From Thermoplasmatota archaeon (lineage in GTDB: Archaea > Thermoplasmatota > JAKEGO01), in contig JANQNK010000020.1 of NCBI GenBank assembly GCA_028279595.1, forward strand, positions 96,001-160,000: a stretch of DNA of 64,000 bases. Direction: 5' to 3'. The notes beneath the pieces are model-generated. The model made no database searches, was not told where the DNA came from, and saw only the letters and a program-made list of their open reading frames with translations. The position numbers and the translations under genes were made by a program. Shown here in pieces: positions 18,524-28,392 of the stretch (position 1 is the stretch's first letter; each line of letters starts with the position of its first letter).

Positions 18524-18865
18524 TCATTCGCCCTTCTCGGCGACCAGGTGATCGATGAGGTTGGTCAGCGACCAAACGAGGTTGTCCGCAGTCGGCATGC
18601 AGAACATCGGCCTGTCCATGCCCTCCGGGAACGCCATCATCGAATCATAGATCGAATCGTCGTCGAACTCGATGAACATGAGCATCTTGTGCTCCTCGTC
18701 CTTGAAGAGCTCCTTCGGTCCCGCCTCGATTATGTCCTTCACGAGTTCGGATCCCCGCCCCGTCGCCGATATGAATCCGATGTCCGTCTTCAGGGCTTCA
18801 CGAAGGGCCCTGACGATGAGCGCGACGTCCTCCATCGCGTAACCGTGCACCATGATGGTCTTCAT
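18524..18865 (-). CDS. Hypothetical protein, DUF3783-like C-terminus
   Basis: FCMPTADNLVWSLTNLIDHLVAE resembles the DUF3783 end. Confidence 0.55.
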   Translation of the reverse strand: MKTIMVHGYAMEDVALIVRALREALKTDIGFISATGRGSELVKDIIEAGPKELFKDEEHKMLMFIEFDDDSIYDSMMAFPEGMDRPMFCMPTADNLVWSLTNLIDHLVAEKGE

Positions 18866-18960
18866 CCGATCTCCCACGCCGATGTATGGCCTTCAAGGTT
18901 AATCCGTGTTTCGCCGGTGATACGGATATGGTTATTAATCGACAAGGCATGACGGCTACC

Positions 18961-19620
18961 ATGGAACTCGAGGTCATCGGCTCATGCGAGACCATCAGGG
19001 CGAATAACGTAATCTGCCTCGCACGGACCTACAGGAAGCACGCCGAGGAGCTCGGCAACCCCGTTCCCGAGAAGCCGGTCGTCTTCCTCAAACCGAACTC
19101 ATCTCTCATGACGGACGGGATGGAGATCGGTATCCCGCCCGGTTCAGGCGAGGTCCACCACGAGGTCGAACTCGCGGTCGTCATCAAGAAGGGAGGCCGT
19201 CGCATCCCCGTCGAGAGGGCCCTGGAATACGTGATGGGCTACGCCGTGATACTCGACATCACTGCCCGCGACATCCAGTCCGAATTGAAATCGAAGGGCT
19301 TGCCTTGGACCTACGCAAAGGGATGGGACACCTTCGGACCGATATCGAAGGTAATGCCCATGGAACGGATACCCGATCCCAACGACCTGAACATCAAATT
19401 GACCGTGAACGGCGAGGTCAGACAGGACTCCAACACGTCGTTCATGATGTATTCCATTCCCGAGATCATCTCGTTCATTTCAGGGTTCATGACGCTGCAG
19501 CGCGGTGACGTCATTGCAACCGGTACACCCGAGGGAGTGGGTCCGCTCGTCGCGGGTGACAGGACCTTCGCTGAGATCGAGGGCGTGGGAACGCTCGAGA
19601 ACTCGGTCGTTCAGGGATGA
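18961..19620 (+). CDS. Fumarylacetoacetate hydrolase family protein
   Basis: VFLKP, HHEVELAV, DITARD, KGWDTFGP, GDVIATGTPEGVG; start 18949 or 18961. Confidence 0.93.
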   Translation: MELEVIGSCETIRANNVICLARTYRKHAEELGNPVPEKPVVFLKPNSSLMTDGMEIGIPPGSGEVHHEVELAVVIKKGGRRIPVERALEYVMGYAVILDITARDIQSELKSKGLPWTYAKGWDTFGPISKVMPMERIPDPNDLNIKLTVNGEVRQDSNTSFMMYSIPEIISFISGFMTLQRGDVIATGTPEGVGPLVAGDRTFAEIEGVGTLENSVVQG

Positions 19621-19637
19621 TATCGGTAACGTCGAAC

Positions 19638-20309
19638 TCAGAACAGCTTCTCTGCCACAGGCTTGATCAGGTCCTCGTCGTCGTTCCTCAGGTCGTTGAC
19701 GAGTTTGGTAACGTCCGTTGACTCCATGTCGCCTGCTCGGAATGGACTAAGGAGCGACTGGAGGTCATTGACGTTCGTATCCGGGTCCAGCCATGCAGAA
19801 CGGTCCTTCCTTGGAATGATGGCGGGCATCCGATCGTGGACCCCCTTTACCATGTCGTTGGGGCTGGTGGTGATTATCGTACAGGTCTTGAGCTCCCCCC
19901 CGCTCGGAGGGTTCCAGGTCTCCCACAGTCCAGCAAGGCCGAACGGCTTGCCGTCCGACATCGAGAAGAACACGGGATTACGGGTACCGGACTTCCGCCA
20001 TTCGTAGAATCCATCGGCGGGGATAAGGCATCGCCTATTTGCGAAGGCATCGCGGAACGACGGTTTCTCAGCAAGGGTCTCGGCCCTGGCATTGATCATC
20101 CTGCTGCCGAGCTTCTCGTCCTTGGCCCAGTGGGGTACGAGTCCCCAGCGGAACGTCTCTATGGCCCTCTTGCCGTCCGACAGTACCACCGCTGCGACGT
20201 CCTGCATGGGAGCGACGTTGTACCTGGGCTCCAGTTCGTCGAGCTCGATGACCTCGAACTCCTCGCCTATCACCCATTTGGTGCTGAACAGAGCGAAACG
20301 GCCGCACAT
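19638..20309 (-). CDS. SOS response-associated peptidase (SRAP/HMCES/YedK)
   Basis: N-terminal MCGRF, YNVAP, WGLVP, INARAET, GFYEW, HDRMP. Confidence 0.95.
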   Translation of the reverse strand: MCGRFALFSTKWVIGEEFEVIELDELEPRYNVAPMQDVAAVVLSDGKRAIETFRWGLVPHWAKDEKLGSRMINARAETLAEKPSFRDAFANRRCLIPADGFYEWRKSGTRNPVFFSMSDGKPFGLAGLWETWNPPSGGELKTCTIITTSPNDMVKGVHDRMPAIIPRKDRSAWLDPDTNVNDLQSLLSPFRAGDMESTDVTKLVNDLRNDDEDLIKPVAEKLF

Positions 20310-20312
20310 GGT

Positions 20313-20582
20313 CTATCCGAACCTGTAGTGCTTCCGTATCGGCTTCTCGACCTTCCACGTGCAACCGAGCCCCTCGGGCATAGTCACGAGGGACCCAGGT
20401 CCGAACCGGACCGGCTCTCCCTCGTTCGGTTCGACCTCGACCTCGCCTTCCAATACGTAGAAGGTCTCCTTGCTGTCGTAGAACCAGTCGAAGACGGACA
20501 CCTCCTTCTCCCATATCGGCCAGGAGAAGACGCCCATCTCGTCCAGCTGCTCCTTCTCGACTTTTTCAACCTTGATCTCCAT
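20313..20582 (-). CDS. Cupin_3 (DUF861) protein
   Basis: WPIWEKEVSVFDWFY..ETFYVLEG..W.V..PIRKHY. Confidence 0.9.
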   Translation of the reverse strand: MEIKVEKVEKEQLDEMGVFSWPIWEKEVSVFDWFYDSKETFYVLEGEVEVEPNEGEPVRFGPGSLVTMPEGLGCTWKVEKPIRKHYRFG

Positions 20583-20593
20583 ATACTGTCACC

Positions 20594-21358
20594 TCATCCG
20601 AACATCCCCGTCGGCGGCGCCCTCTCGTCGGGCTTCTGCACCTGCTTGACATGCTCCATGGCCTGCTGGATCTGCTTGTCTATCTCCTCCGCCTGCTCGA
20701 GCAGCGGGGTCGTATCGACCTTGATCTCGGGAAGCATCTCGTCCAGGACCTCGAGGATCGCTGCTGCGCTCCTGCTGTCAGGGAACTCGGCCCGCGCCTC
20801 GGCCAGGAGGCAGCCCACGTCGAGCTCCTCGGAGAACGACTTGTAGAGGAGGACGCCGGAAACCCCACCCACGGCTCCGTTCGACATCGCTTCGACGTGC
20901 AGATCAGATAGCATGTTCCGGGCGTTGTCCGTGTTGCCTACATAGTAGACGCTCAACTCGTCATCGTCGAGGCTGGTCTGCAGACCTTCGACCGCGGTCA
21001 GGAATTTGCATCCCCTGTCCCTGCACCAGTCCAGTATCGTATCTGCAAGCGGTCCGATCATATCGGGGGCGATCGGGAATTCCGTGGCGATAACAACCAG
21101 CTGGTCGCAATCCCCCTTCGGCCCGCACACCCTGTCGCCGGCATATATACGGATCGGAGGCGCCGGTCTACCGTCGTGGACCACCGAAGCCGGGAACAGC
21201 TCGTCCGACGCGATCCCGCCGATCATGTCCAGCTCGAGCTTCTTCACCAGGAAGTTGGCCACAATGGACGAGACCATGCCTACCGTTGGAAAACCGATGA
21301 CCACCATTGCGTTGTCTATGTCCATCTTCTTGTACTCGTAAACCGTGATGTCAACCAT
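20594..21358 (-). CDS. Proteasome assembly chaperone (PAC2/PbaA-PbaB family)
   Basis: GFPTVGMVSSIVA, PPIRIY, GVSGVLL, PDSRSAA, PLLEQAEEI. Confidence 0.88.
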   Translation of the reverse strand: MVDITVYEYKKMDIDNAMVVIGFPTVGMVSSIVANFLVKKLELDMIGGIASDELFPASVVHDGRPAPPIRIYAGDRVCGPKGDCDQLVVIATEFPIAPDMIGPLADTILDWCRDRGCKFLTAVEGLQTSLDDDELSVYYVGNTDNARNMLSDLHVEAMSNGAVGGVSGVLLYKSFSEELDVGCLLAEARAEFPDSRSAAAILEVLDEMLPEIKVDTTPLLEQAEEIDKQIQQAMEHVKQVQKPDERAPPTGMFG

Positions 21359-21408
21359 TCGAACCCCAACGTGGGATGGTTACGGATTTAGTTAAGGATT
21401 TTGGAACC

Positions 21409-22170
21409 TCAATCCTTTCTACGGCAGACCATGACCTGCTTTCTGGATCCCGGTGTGAACTCCGACTCATCGAAATAACCGTACCTCTCGACGACCTCGA
21501 ATCCATTGTGCTCGAGCAATAGCAGAAGCTCCTCCGGGTAGAACACCCTGACGCCGAACTCGACGGTCTTCCACTCCTCGCCGTCGATGACCCACCGCCA
21601 CACGATCCGGTTGACCTGTGCAGCGTCGTCATATTTCAAGGTCTCTTCGATCTTCACATGTCCACGACCGTCAGGGTCCTCGTACTCAGCCTGGATCGTG
21701 ACATCATCAGGGTCCCTGGTCATGAAATCCAGGTTCGGATTGAAGACGTCCATCACGAAGGTGCCGTCATCTGCCAGATGCTGCTTGACCGTCTCGAAAA
21801 CTGCTTCGATGTCCTTCATGTCGTGGAAGTGTGCTAATGACGTGAACGGGATGGTCACTAGCTTGAACCTACGGCCGAGCCTGATATCTCGTACGTCACC
21901 CTCTATCCACTCGATGTCGACCCCAGCCTCCCCGGCCTTCTCCTTACCATATGCCATCATTTCGGGTGAGAGGTCGACACAGGTGATGTCGTGCCCATGC
22001 TGCGCGATTGGTATAGCCAGCCTTCCGGTGCCTCCAAAGAGCTCAAGGACCGGTCCGCCGTACCTCTCGGCCATCTCGACATAGAACGGGATGTCGTCAA
22101 CGTAGTGCGAATACTTGGCATCGTAATGCCTTCCGTCCTCGTAAAGTCTGTCTGATTCAGTGTAGACCAT
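21409..22170 (-). CDS. Class I SAM-dependent methyltransferase
   Basis: VLELFGGTGR, VDLSPEM, EGDVRD, HLADDG. Confidence 0.9.
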   Translation of the reverse strand: MVYTESDRLYEDGRHYDAKYSHYVDDIPFYVEMAERYGGPVLELFGGTGRLAIPIAQHGHDITCVDLSPEMMAYGKEKAGEAGVDIEWIEGDVRDIRLGRRFKLVTIPFTSLAHFHDMKDIEAVFETVKQHLADDGTFVMDVFNPNLDFMTRDPDDVTIQAEYEDPDGRGHVKIEETLKYDDAAQVNRIVWRWVIDGEEWKTVEFGVRVFYPEELLLLLEHNGFEVVERYGYFDESEFTPGSRKQVMVCRRKD

Positions 22171-22325
22171 GTCAGGTCCCTCCACGTAACCGCTTCCAAG
22201 GGACATCTTCTAGAAAAGACTTGTGGGGATAACGCTCGAATCACGTCGCATCATCATGAGTAGGGCGTTATCCAGGTACCGCTCTTGAATTGTGCTTGAA
22301 GAGAGATCGTATTGTAGGACAGTAT

Positions 22326-22362
22326 CGCTCGACGACGGTTCGATCTGTCGTCATCGCGTCTC
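22326..22362. repeat. 37-bp hairpin element, copy 1
   Basis: cgctc-GACGAC-N10-GTCGTC-atcgcgtctc. Confidence 0.8.
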
Positions 22363-22389
22363 GTTAGTGATGTAACTGTGTCACTGACG

Positions 22390-22426
22390 CGCTCGACGAC
22401 CTCCCATTGGGTCGTCAACGCGTCTC
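22390..22426. repeat. 37-bp hairpin element, copy 2
   Basis: cgctc-GACGAC-N10-GTCGTC-aacgcgtctc. Confidence 0.8.
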
Positions 22427-22451
22427 AATGATTCAGCCGAGGAAAGTTGGC

Positions 22452-23216
22452 TCACCGGAACGGCCCTTCGAGCTCGTTGAACTTCCTGGATACGACCATT
22501 ACCTCGATCTCGTCCATCTTGATCGGGCGCTTCCCCCAGTCGCCTGCCGTGCCGCCCCAGATGTTCTCGACCTTGAAGCCAGCATCCTGGTGGAGCTGGG
22601 TCAGTTCCGGCGGGGTGAATCCCTTCTCCAGCGCGGTCATGGACGCTGGTCCGTCGGCGGTCTCGTAGGGCATCGGGTGGATCTCGATGAGGTTGATGGG
22701 GTCGAACCTCCCAGCAGCGATGTCCTCGTCGTTGTACTCGCGGGCCATCTTGTAACCGTTGAGACAGGTGAGTACGAGGCGACCGCCCATCTTGAGGGCG
22801 GCGTTGATGTTCAGGAGGATCGCAAGGTGATGTTCCATGGGGTTGTCGTCGGCAGCGAGAAGTCCGAACGAGCCCTCGCAGAGGCAGATGGCGTGGTCGA
22901 ACTCCTTCTGGAGCTGGAACGCAGCGGCGTTCGCCTGGATGAGCTCAATGTCGACATCGGCCTCGATCGCTGCCAGCCTGGCCTCCTCCAGCATACCGTC
23001 GGAGAGGTCGATGCCTGTCATGACGCATCCGCGCTTGGCCAGTTCCACGGAATGGCGCCCTGTCCCACAGCCGACATCGAGGATCTTCATACCGGGTTTG
23101 AGGTCGAGCAGTTCGAAGAGGAAATCACACTCCTCCAAGGTGTTCTCGGTGAAGTCGTGGTCGAGATACTCGTCGGCGATGTTGTCGAAGAACTCCTGCC
23201 ATTCGTTCCTATCCAT
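22452..23216 (-). CDS. Class I SAM-dependent methyltransferase
   Basis: ILDVGCGTGRHS, GIDLS, ALKMGG. Confidence 0.92.
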   Translation of the reverse strand: MDRNEWQEFFDNIADEYLDHDFTENTLEECDFLFELLDLKPGMKILDVGCGTGRHSVELAKRGCVMTGIDLSDGMLEEARLAAIEADVDIELIQANAAAFQLQKEFDHAICLCEGSFGLLAADDNPMEHHLAILLNINAALKMGGRLVLTCLNGYKMAREYNDEDIAAGRFDPINLIEIHPMPYETADGPASMTALEKGFTPPELTQLHQDAGFKVENIWGGTAGDWGKRPIKMDEIEVMVVSRKFNELEGPFR

Positions 23217-23232
23217 CCATTTCACTCCGCAC

Positions 23233-23862
23233 TTACGATACTATCCTATCGAGGTCGTTCTCCACTGGCGTCCCTTTGATTCCAACGGCTTGTTTCAGAT
23301 ATAAGGATATCTCAGCATCCTCGATGTCGTAGGTTTCCATCAGTCCCCGGACGATGGTCCTCAGATACTTCTCTCCCGGAGCGAGCGGTTCGAGATCGGC
23401 CGCCGTCATCGACGTGAATGTCAGGATCGGATGGGGCATCTCGAAGCCGACATGGATGAGCCGCCCATATGGACCGGGCAGCTCGAGCTCGCCTCTGCCT
23501 ATCGCATCCTCGATGGAGAAGTCCATGGAACCATCGTCCGGTTCGAGTCCGTTCTCCTGTCTGACGATCTGAACGAACTGTTCGCTGGTCACCAGGTACA
23601 TCCGGCCTCGGGTACCGCTCAACGTCATGTTCTCCGTATCGACGAACGCGACCCCTGCGTCCTCCCACTGCTCGCACCGCATGGAGAAGAGCAATCCGTA
23701 TGGAAGTATGATCGACCTGTCATCCCTAGGGGGAGTCCTGTCCGAACATCCGGAGTGGTCCTTCGTCGAACCCTCGGGAATACCACCTTCGATGTAACAC
23801 ATGAAGCGTTCCTGGTGAAGGTTCGAGCCGTAGCAGGCGTACCAGACCAGGTCCTCGCTCAT
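23233..23862 (-). CDS. Gamma-glutamylcyclotransferase-fold hypothetical protein
   Basis: [11 protein letters not shown]-terminal motif typical of the GGCT-like fold. Confidence 0.65.
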   Translation of the reverse strand: MSEDLVWYACYGSNLHQERFMCYIEGGIPEGSTKDHSGCSDRTPPRDDRSIILPYGLLFSMRCEQWEDAGVAFVDTENMTLSGTRGRMYLVTSEQFVQIVRQENGLEPDDGSMDFSIEDAIGRGELELPGPYGRLIHVGFEMPHPILTFTSMTAADLEPLAPGEKYLRTIVRGLMETYDIEDAEISLYLKQAVGIKGTPVENDLDRIVS

Positions 23863-24320
23863 CTGATCGTGACCTTGATCATCTTGTCGCCCTGCCTTAT
23901 GGAGTCCACGACCTCCTTGCCGGACTTGACCTTCCCGAACACCGTGTGGACGCCGTTCAGATGCGGTGTGGCGACGTGGGTGATGTAGAACTGGGACCCG
24001 TTGGAGCAGCTACCCCTCGTCTTCTTCCCGCTCACCCTGTCGTGCTGGCACGTCCCGGCGTGGGCCATTGCCAGGCTTCCCGGTTCGTGACCGAGTCCGG
24101 GAACTATCTCGCACTCGCTCTGGTACCCTGGTCCGCCGGTTCCGGTCCCCTGGGGGCACCCGGTCTGGATCATGAAGTTGTCTATGACCCTGTGGAACTT
24201 GAGCCCGTCGTAGAACCCGTCCCTTGCCAGTTTCACGAAGTTCTCGACCGTCTTCGGTGTCTTGTCGTCGAACAGGTCGAGCACGATCTCGCCCTTGTTG
24301 GTCTCTATGACTGCCTGCAT
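23859..24320 (-). CDS. Cyclophilin-type peptidyl-prolyl isomerase
   Basis: [46 protein letters not shown]. Confidence 0.95.
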   Translation of the reverse strand: MQAVIETNKGEIVLDLFDDKTPKTVENFVKLARDGFYDGLKFHRVIDNFMIQTGCPQGTGTGGPGYQSECEIVPGLGHEPGSLAMAHAGTCQHDRVSGKKTRGSCSNGSQFYITHVATPHLNGVHTVFGKVKSGKEVVDSIRQGDKMIKVTIR

Positions 24321-25371
24321 GATGATACCTCTTATCGTAACGATATCCATCACGGTATTTAGGCATATTGTACTGATACGATCTCCTGCGTCGTTTGGGG
24401 AATCGACCATCAGGACCGAGCCTGTAGATGGACCACCTGCCTCCGAAATCGATGTAGATCCCCCTCTGATGCTTCGCGATCGAGAATCCGATTATCACAG
24501 CGCCGACGAAGGTCGAGATCAGGCTGAAGAATATCCCGTAGATCACGGAGGATCTGCTGTATTCCATATCTCCCCATCCATGATAATGTTCGTCGTATCC
24601 GACCGAGATGGCGGATACGATGAGGACAATGAACCCGAATACCAGAAGTACCCGTGGCAACCTCACCCTCATCTCGGGTCTTGGATACATGAATTGTTCC
24701 TTTATCACATATAGGAATATCAGAACGGTCAAGAAAGCGAAGGGACAGATGAAGCATCCTGCACAGGCAACTTCGGATGAACCAGCCAGTACAGCAATGG
24801 CATTCAAGACGTTCCCCAATCCGAACGTACCCAATATAAGGGAGGTCAAGAGCATTTGACCGCTGAATCGGTCGGTCCTCTTGAAGACCATCCAGCTGAT
24901 CCAGATCGTGAAACCGACAGCACTTCCGATGAATCCAAGGTACCAGATCGGAAACCCTTCCTCCATCTCTCCCTGATCCCCATTCAGAATGACGACCTGA
25001 TAATCGTACTTCGTACCTGGAGCAAGTCCATGCGGATAGGTTTCGTCACGATCGGAAATGATCTCGTAGTCAAGGTCGGCATCCTTGATGTGCAGGGGAC
25101 CGGAGAACCTCACCTTTCCATTGCAGAAGACCCACCCAGTGTTCTCACCGATGTACAGGTCTCCTTCCAAGTGTCCTTCCCAATGCACCCCCAACGTGGC
25201 GTTAGGAGGGATGGACTCCCCATCCAGGACGATCGGATTCCCGTAGTGGGAGTGGGTCGAACCATGGACTCCCGAATAGTAGGGTAGGAGGTAGACATTG
25301 ACGATCAGGAATGGAACGACCAGTAGAACGATCAGCCATTTCAGTTCCTTCGCATCGATCGGTATCCTCAT
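24010..25371 (-). CDS. Hypothetical multi-TM membrane protein; 3' end overlaps the cyclophilin gene
   Basis: N-terminal TM, extracellular domain, about 5 TMs; frame runs on into the cyclophilin gene, so the true end is probably near 24400. Confidence 0.55.
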   Translation of the reverse strand: MRIPIDAKELKWLIVLLVVPFLIVNVYLLPYYSGVHGSTHSHYGNPIVLDGESIPPNATLGVHWEGHLEGDLYIGENTGWVFCNGKVRFSGPLHIKDADLDYEIISDRDETYPHGLAPGTKYDYQVVILNGDQGEMEEGFPIWYLGFIGSAVGFTIWISWMVFKRTDRFSGQMLLTSLILGTFGLGNVLNAIAVLAGSSEVACAGCFICPFAFLTVLIFLYVIKEQFMYPRPEMRVRLPRVLLVFGFIVLIVSAISVGYDEHYHGWGDMEYSRSSVIYGIFFSLISTFVGAVIIGFSIAKHQRGIYIDFGGRWSIYRLGPDGRFPKRRRRSYQYNMPKYRDGYRYDKRYHHAGSHRDQQGRDRARPVRRQDTEDGRELRETGKGRVLRRAQVPQGHRQLHDPDRVPPGDRNRRTRVPERVRDSSRTRSRTGKPGNGPRRDVPARQGEREEDEG

Positions 25372-25474
25372 GGTCCCGGTCTGTCCATTCCTGTACCAGT
25401 ATAAAACCAAATCGCTTTGACCGAAATCCTATTATATGGGAGTAAGTATGTATAAGTATAATAAGGTTGACAAA

Positions 25475-25918
25475 ATGACACGACGAGGATCCCGGACCGA
25501 AAGGCAGTTCTCGCATTGGCATGCGCTCCGCAACGGCTCCACCCAGGCGGAGGTGGCCCGGCTTAACGGCGTCACCAGGCAGGCCGTCAACAAGGGTGTG
25601 AAGCTCCATGAGCGCGACGTTGTTCTTCGCCTGCTGGATACCGCGCGTTCGATCGGGGTCCTCGTCGAGTGGTACGACCAGAAGCGCGGAGCCCTTATCG
25701 GGATCTCGCCACAACTCGGCAATCTGTCATGTATCATGCTGATCGATGACGAGAATGAGGTCCGGGTCTTCTACGATCCGAAGAGCGCACGAGACAGAGA
25801 GGTGAGGCGTCGGACGATCAAGGAGATGACCGAGGTAGTGCGGGACGCGTTCGGACTGAGGTTGTCAACGAAGTTGAAGTTCAGGGAGGTATTGGATGAG
25901 ATCATCGAGAAGGGATAG
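25475..25918 (+). CDS. HTH DNA-binding protein
   Basis: TQAEVARLNGVTRQAVNK helix-turn-helix. Confidence 0.75.
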   Translation: MTRRGSRTERQFSHWHALRNGSTQAEVARLNGVTRQAVNKGVKLHERDVVLRLLDTARSIGVLVEWYDQKRGALIGISPQLGNLSCIMLIDDENEVRVFYDPKSARDREVRRRTIKEMTEVVRDAFGLRLSTKLKFREVLDEIIEKG

Positions 25919-26654
25919 GTCCGCGACGCCGGCGGAGGAGAAGCGGTCAAGTACGAGGTTCACGTGGTTAAGGTGGGTTGCCCTACTGGTCGGAGTGGCT
26001 GTCATGCTATCAGCCGTAGCGATCGTGCTCTCCCTCGAGTTGGAAGCTGGAACGACCGTCGCCATCATCGTCGCAGTGAACGTGATCGTCACCGTTGTGA
26101 TCCTGTTCATCCAGGTATCGCCATTGCTATATGCCAAAAGAGCGCCTGCGATACCCGACGGCGGAGTGGATGGGCTTCCCAGGCCAGATCTGGAAATCCC
26201 GTACGAGGAGACGATACCGTTGACCATACTACTCATGTTCTACATACCGATGCTGGTCATCTATTCCTTCAGCATGATAAGGGTCGGATTGACCGAGCCC
26301 GGTTCCCTGTGGATATACAGCTCGATATTCTCCTTCCTGCTACTCATCGTCGTTCTCTTCGGGGTTCTCCATGTGCGGTGCGATCCCGAGGAGATGGCGT
26401 TCGGATTCGGTCCGTTCCGCAAGAGATTGAAGCTCGGCGAGGTGGTATCCATCAGGCCGGTCGCCATCGACCCTCTCAAGGAGTACATGGGATGGGGGCC
26501 TAAGATCGGATCGGACGGCTCCAAGGGTTACATCGCTTCCGGCAAGGTGGGCGTAAGGATCGAGACCCAGAAGAGGGACTACGTCATCACCGTTCCTGAA
26601 CCACAGGCGCTGGTCGCTTACGTGAGGACAGCCCGAGATGCTGGGAAGGCCTGA
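25896..26654 (+). CDS. Membrane protein, 4 TM plus C-terminal PH-like domain
   Basis: Hydrophobic helices; EYMGWGPK..GVRIE..YVIT.P.P motif; start uncertain. Confidence 0.65.
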   Translation: MRSSRRDRSATPAEEKRSSTRFTWLRWVALLVGVAVMLSAVAIVLSLELEAGTTVAIIVAVNVIVTVVILFIQVSPLLYAKRAPAIPDGGVDGLPRPDLEIPYEETIPLTILLMFYIPMLVIYSFSMIRVGLTEPGSLWIYSSIFSFLLLIVVLFGVLHVRCDPEEMAFGFGPFRKRLKLGEVVSIRPVAIDPLKEYMGWGPKIGSDGSKGYIASGKVGVRIETQKRDYVITVPEPQALVAYVRTARDAGKA

Positions 26655-26660
26655 ACGGTA

Positions 26661-27161
26661 TCAGGTCCGGACCTGCATCGGCTCTGCTTCAAGGGACTTC
26701 TCTATCTGGGGAGCGACCTCGGCCCAGATCTGTTCCGCGAGGACCCAGTCGGCCATCTCCTCGGTCCATGACTGCGTCAGTCCGTAGATCTCGGTACGGT
26801 CCATGTGCTCCATATACGGCAGGACGAACACCTCAAGGACGACACCGCCCTCGACGGGCCAGAGGTAGAATTCCAGTCCTACTCGCTGCTCGTCCGTTTT
26901 GAGGTCCTGCATGGGCGGGAATTGGATGTGGAACAATCGCGTCAATCGCTCGATCGGGTCCCACCTCGCACCGTCCATCCTGATCTCGGTAATGGTCTTG
27001 TTGACGGCGATGATGAGGGTTCCCACGCCCTCGTTCTTGTCATCGAACTTCACGATCGGGTATCCCAGGTCCTTGATGAACCCGCGGACCCTACGACCCT
27101 CGTCCGAGACCTTGCGTCCAGCCAGCATGTACCTTCCGAAGGGGTAGGCTATCCTTCTCAT
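26661..27161 (-). CDS. Hypothetical protein
   Basis: 166-aa ORF, coding-like, fits between neighbours. Confidence 0.6.
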   Translation of the reverse strand: MRRIAYPFGRYMLAGRKVSDEGRRVRGFIKDLGYPIVKFDDKNEGVGTLIIAVNKTITEIRMDGARWDPIERLTRLFHIQFPPMQDLKTDEQRVGLEFYLWPVEGGVVLEVFVLPYMEHMDRTEIYGLTQSWTEEMADWVLAEQIWAEVAPQIEKSLEAEPMQVRT

Positions 27162-27255
27162 GGGCGCGGATTGACCCTGCGATACTTAAGTGATTCCGAT
27201 ACCACCCAAACCTTAAGTATCCAGAATCGCCTGGCCGTTAGCAGGAGAAGTTAGC

Positions 27256-27585
27256 TTGGCACGACGTAGACGGGGAACCCAGATGGGCCGTGGACCGAAC
27301 CGGAGCACACGTCCGGGCGCGCAGAAGCACAGCAAGAGGCAGCCGATGCTGAACGTCGCCTATCAGGACGTCTTCAGGTACGAACTCAGGCGCATCTTCG
27401 CCGAGGCCGGCGTCGAGCCAGATGATTATGCATCCCTCGTTGCCCAGATAATCGCCAAGGCGTCCCGCATCTCCATCGAGGAGGCCAATGTCTTCCTCGA
27501 GACACTCGTCGAACGTGAGGAGATAACCACGGAAACAGCAGCGGCCATCTCGAAGCTGCTCGACAGGAACACGAGATACCGCTGA
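27256..27585 (+). CDS. Hypothetical basic/helical protein
   Basis: AGGAG before TTG; coding-like; TATA-like CTTAAG upstream. Confidence 0.65.
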   Translation: MARRRRGTQMGRGPNRSTRPGAQKHSKRQPMLNVAYQDVFRYELRRIFAEAGVEPDDYASLVAQIIAKASRISIEEANVFLETLVEREEITTETAAAISKLLDRNTRYR

Positions 27586-28383
27586 TCAGAAGGTCAGTTT
27601 GCTCCAGACATCAATGGTTCCGGTCAGATGCAGCGCTGTAAGTATTATGGGCTGATGGACCAGATAGATCGGCAGGGAATTCCGGCCAAGAAAGGTCAGA
27701 GGACGTACGGATACATTACCTCCTAGGTCGGGTACCTCGATCAACCGTTCGTGGCCTCCGAAGGCGATGTCCCCGATAAAGATCCCGATCAGCACGACCC
27801 CGAACCACGGCAGGAAGGGGTAGTAGTCGACGGTGACGAACCCATCGGGAACCCAGCCGGTCCACAGGAGCCAGTACGGTCCCCCGCCCAGGGTCCTGAG
27901 GTGCAGACCCGCAGCGACCAGGACCATTCCGACCGTCACGTTCCACCGCCCAAATCTGGTGAACGGTATTGCGATCACGATCGACAGGCCGATGAGATGA
28001 AGTATGCCGAAGACGACGGATCCAGTCTCCATGAGGGACCAGGTGACCGCCGTGATGACCATCCCGAGACAGAATATAAACGCACCTCTCGTTGCAGCTC
28101 CGGTCGCGAATCCCTTGAACGGGTCACCGCGAACGGATGATCTAGACCGGGCAAGCGACAGCGAGACGCCCACCAGCAGGATGAAGAGGAAGGCGCTCGA
28201 GCGTCCTATTAGAGGCCAGATCCCATCGCTCACCGAGAAGTCGCCATCACCGAAATAGTAGATGTCGAAGGCGATGTGGAACACCATCATCAGTACCAGA
28301 GCGACCCCTCTAAGCAGATCGATCTCCCAGAAACGGTCAGATGGACCTCGCCGGACGCCGAGCATTCGTTCGAGGATCCTCAC
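27586..28383 (-). CDS. DUF1624 / heparan-alpha-glucosaminide N-acetyltransferase-like membrane protein
   Basis: RFWEIDLLRG..MMVFH, FGILHLIG, DYYPFLPW, LGRNSLPIYLVHQP. Confidence 0.88.
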   Translation of the reverse strand: MRILERMLGVRRGPSDRFWEIDLLRGVALVLMMVFHIAFDIYYFGDGDFSVSDGIWPLIGRSSAFLFILLVGVSLSLARSRSSVRGDPFKGFATGAATRGAFIFCLGMVITAVTWSLMETGSVVFGILHLIGLSIVIAIPFTRFGRWNVTVGMVLVAAGLHLRTLGGGPYWLLWTGWVPDGFVTVDYYPFLPWFGVVLIGIFIGDIAFGGHERLIEVPDLGGNVSVRPLTFLGRNSLPIYLVHQPIILTALHLTGTIDVWSKLTF

Positions 28384-28392
28384 GGTCCCACC

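Noticed and set aside
22227-22273. Integron attC site (TAAC...GTTA)
   Set aside because: 47 bp is shorter than typical attC, ends do not fit RYYYAAC/GTTRRRY, and no integron integrase is in the window
22326-22426. Mini-CRISPR array (37-bp repeats)
   Set aside because: Only two adjacent copies, variability lies inside the unit, the 27-bp spacer is itself a hairpin, and there are no cas1/cas2 genes
22326-22426. SECIS, box C/D K-turn or guanidine-II riboswitch
   Set aside because: Stem too short for SECIS and no in-frame UGA gene noticed; GA/GA register does not give a K-turn; ACGA lies in stems, not tetraloops
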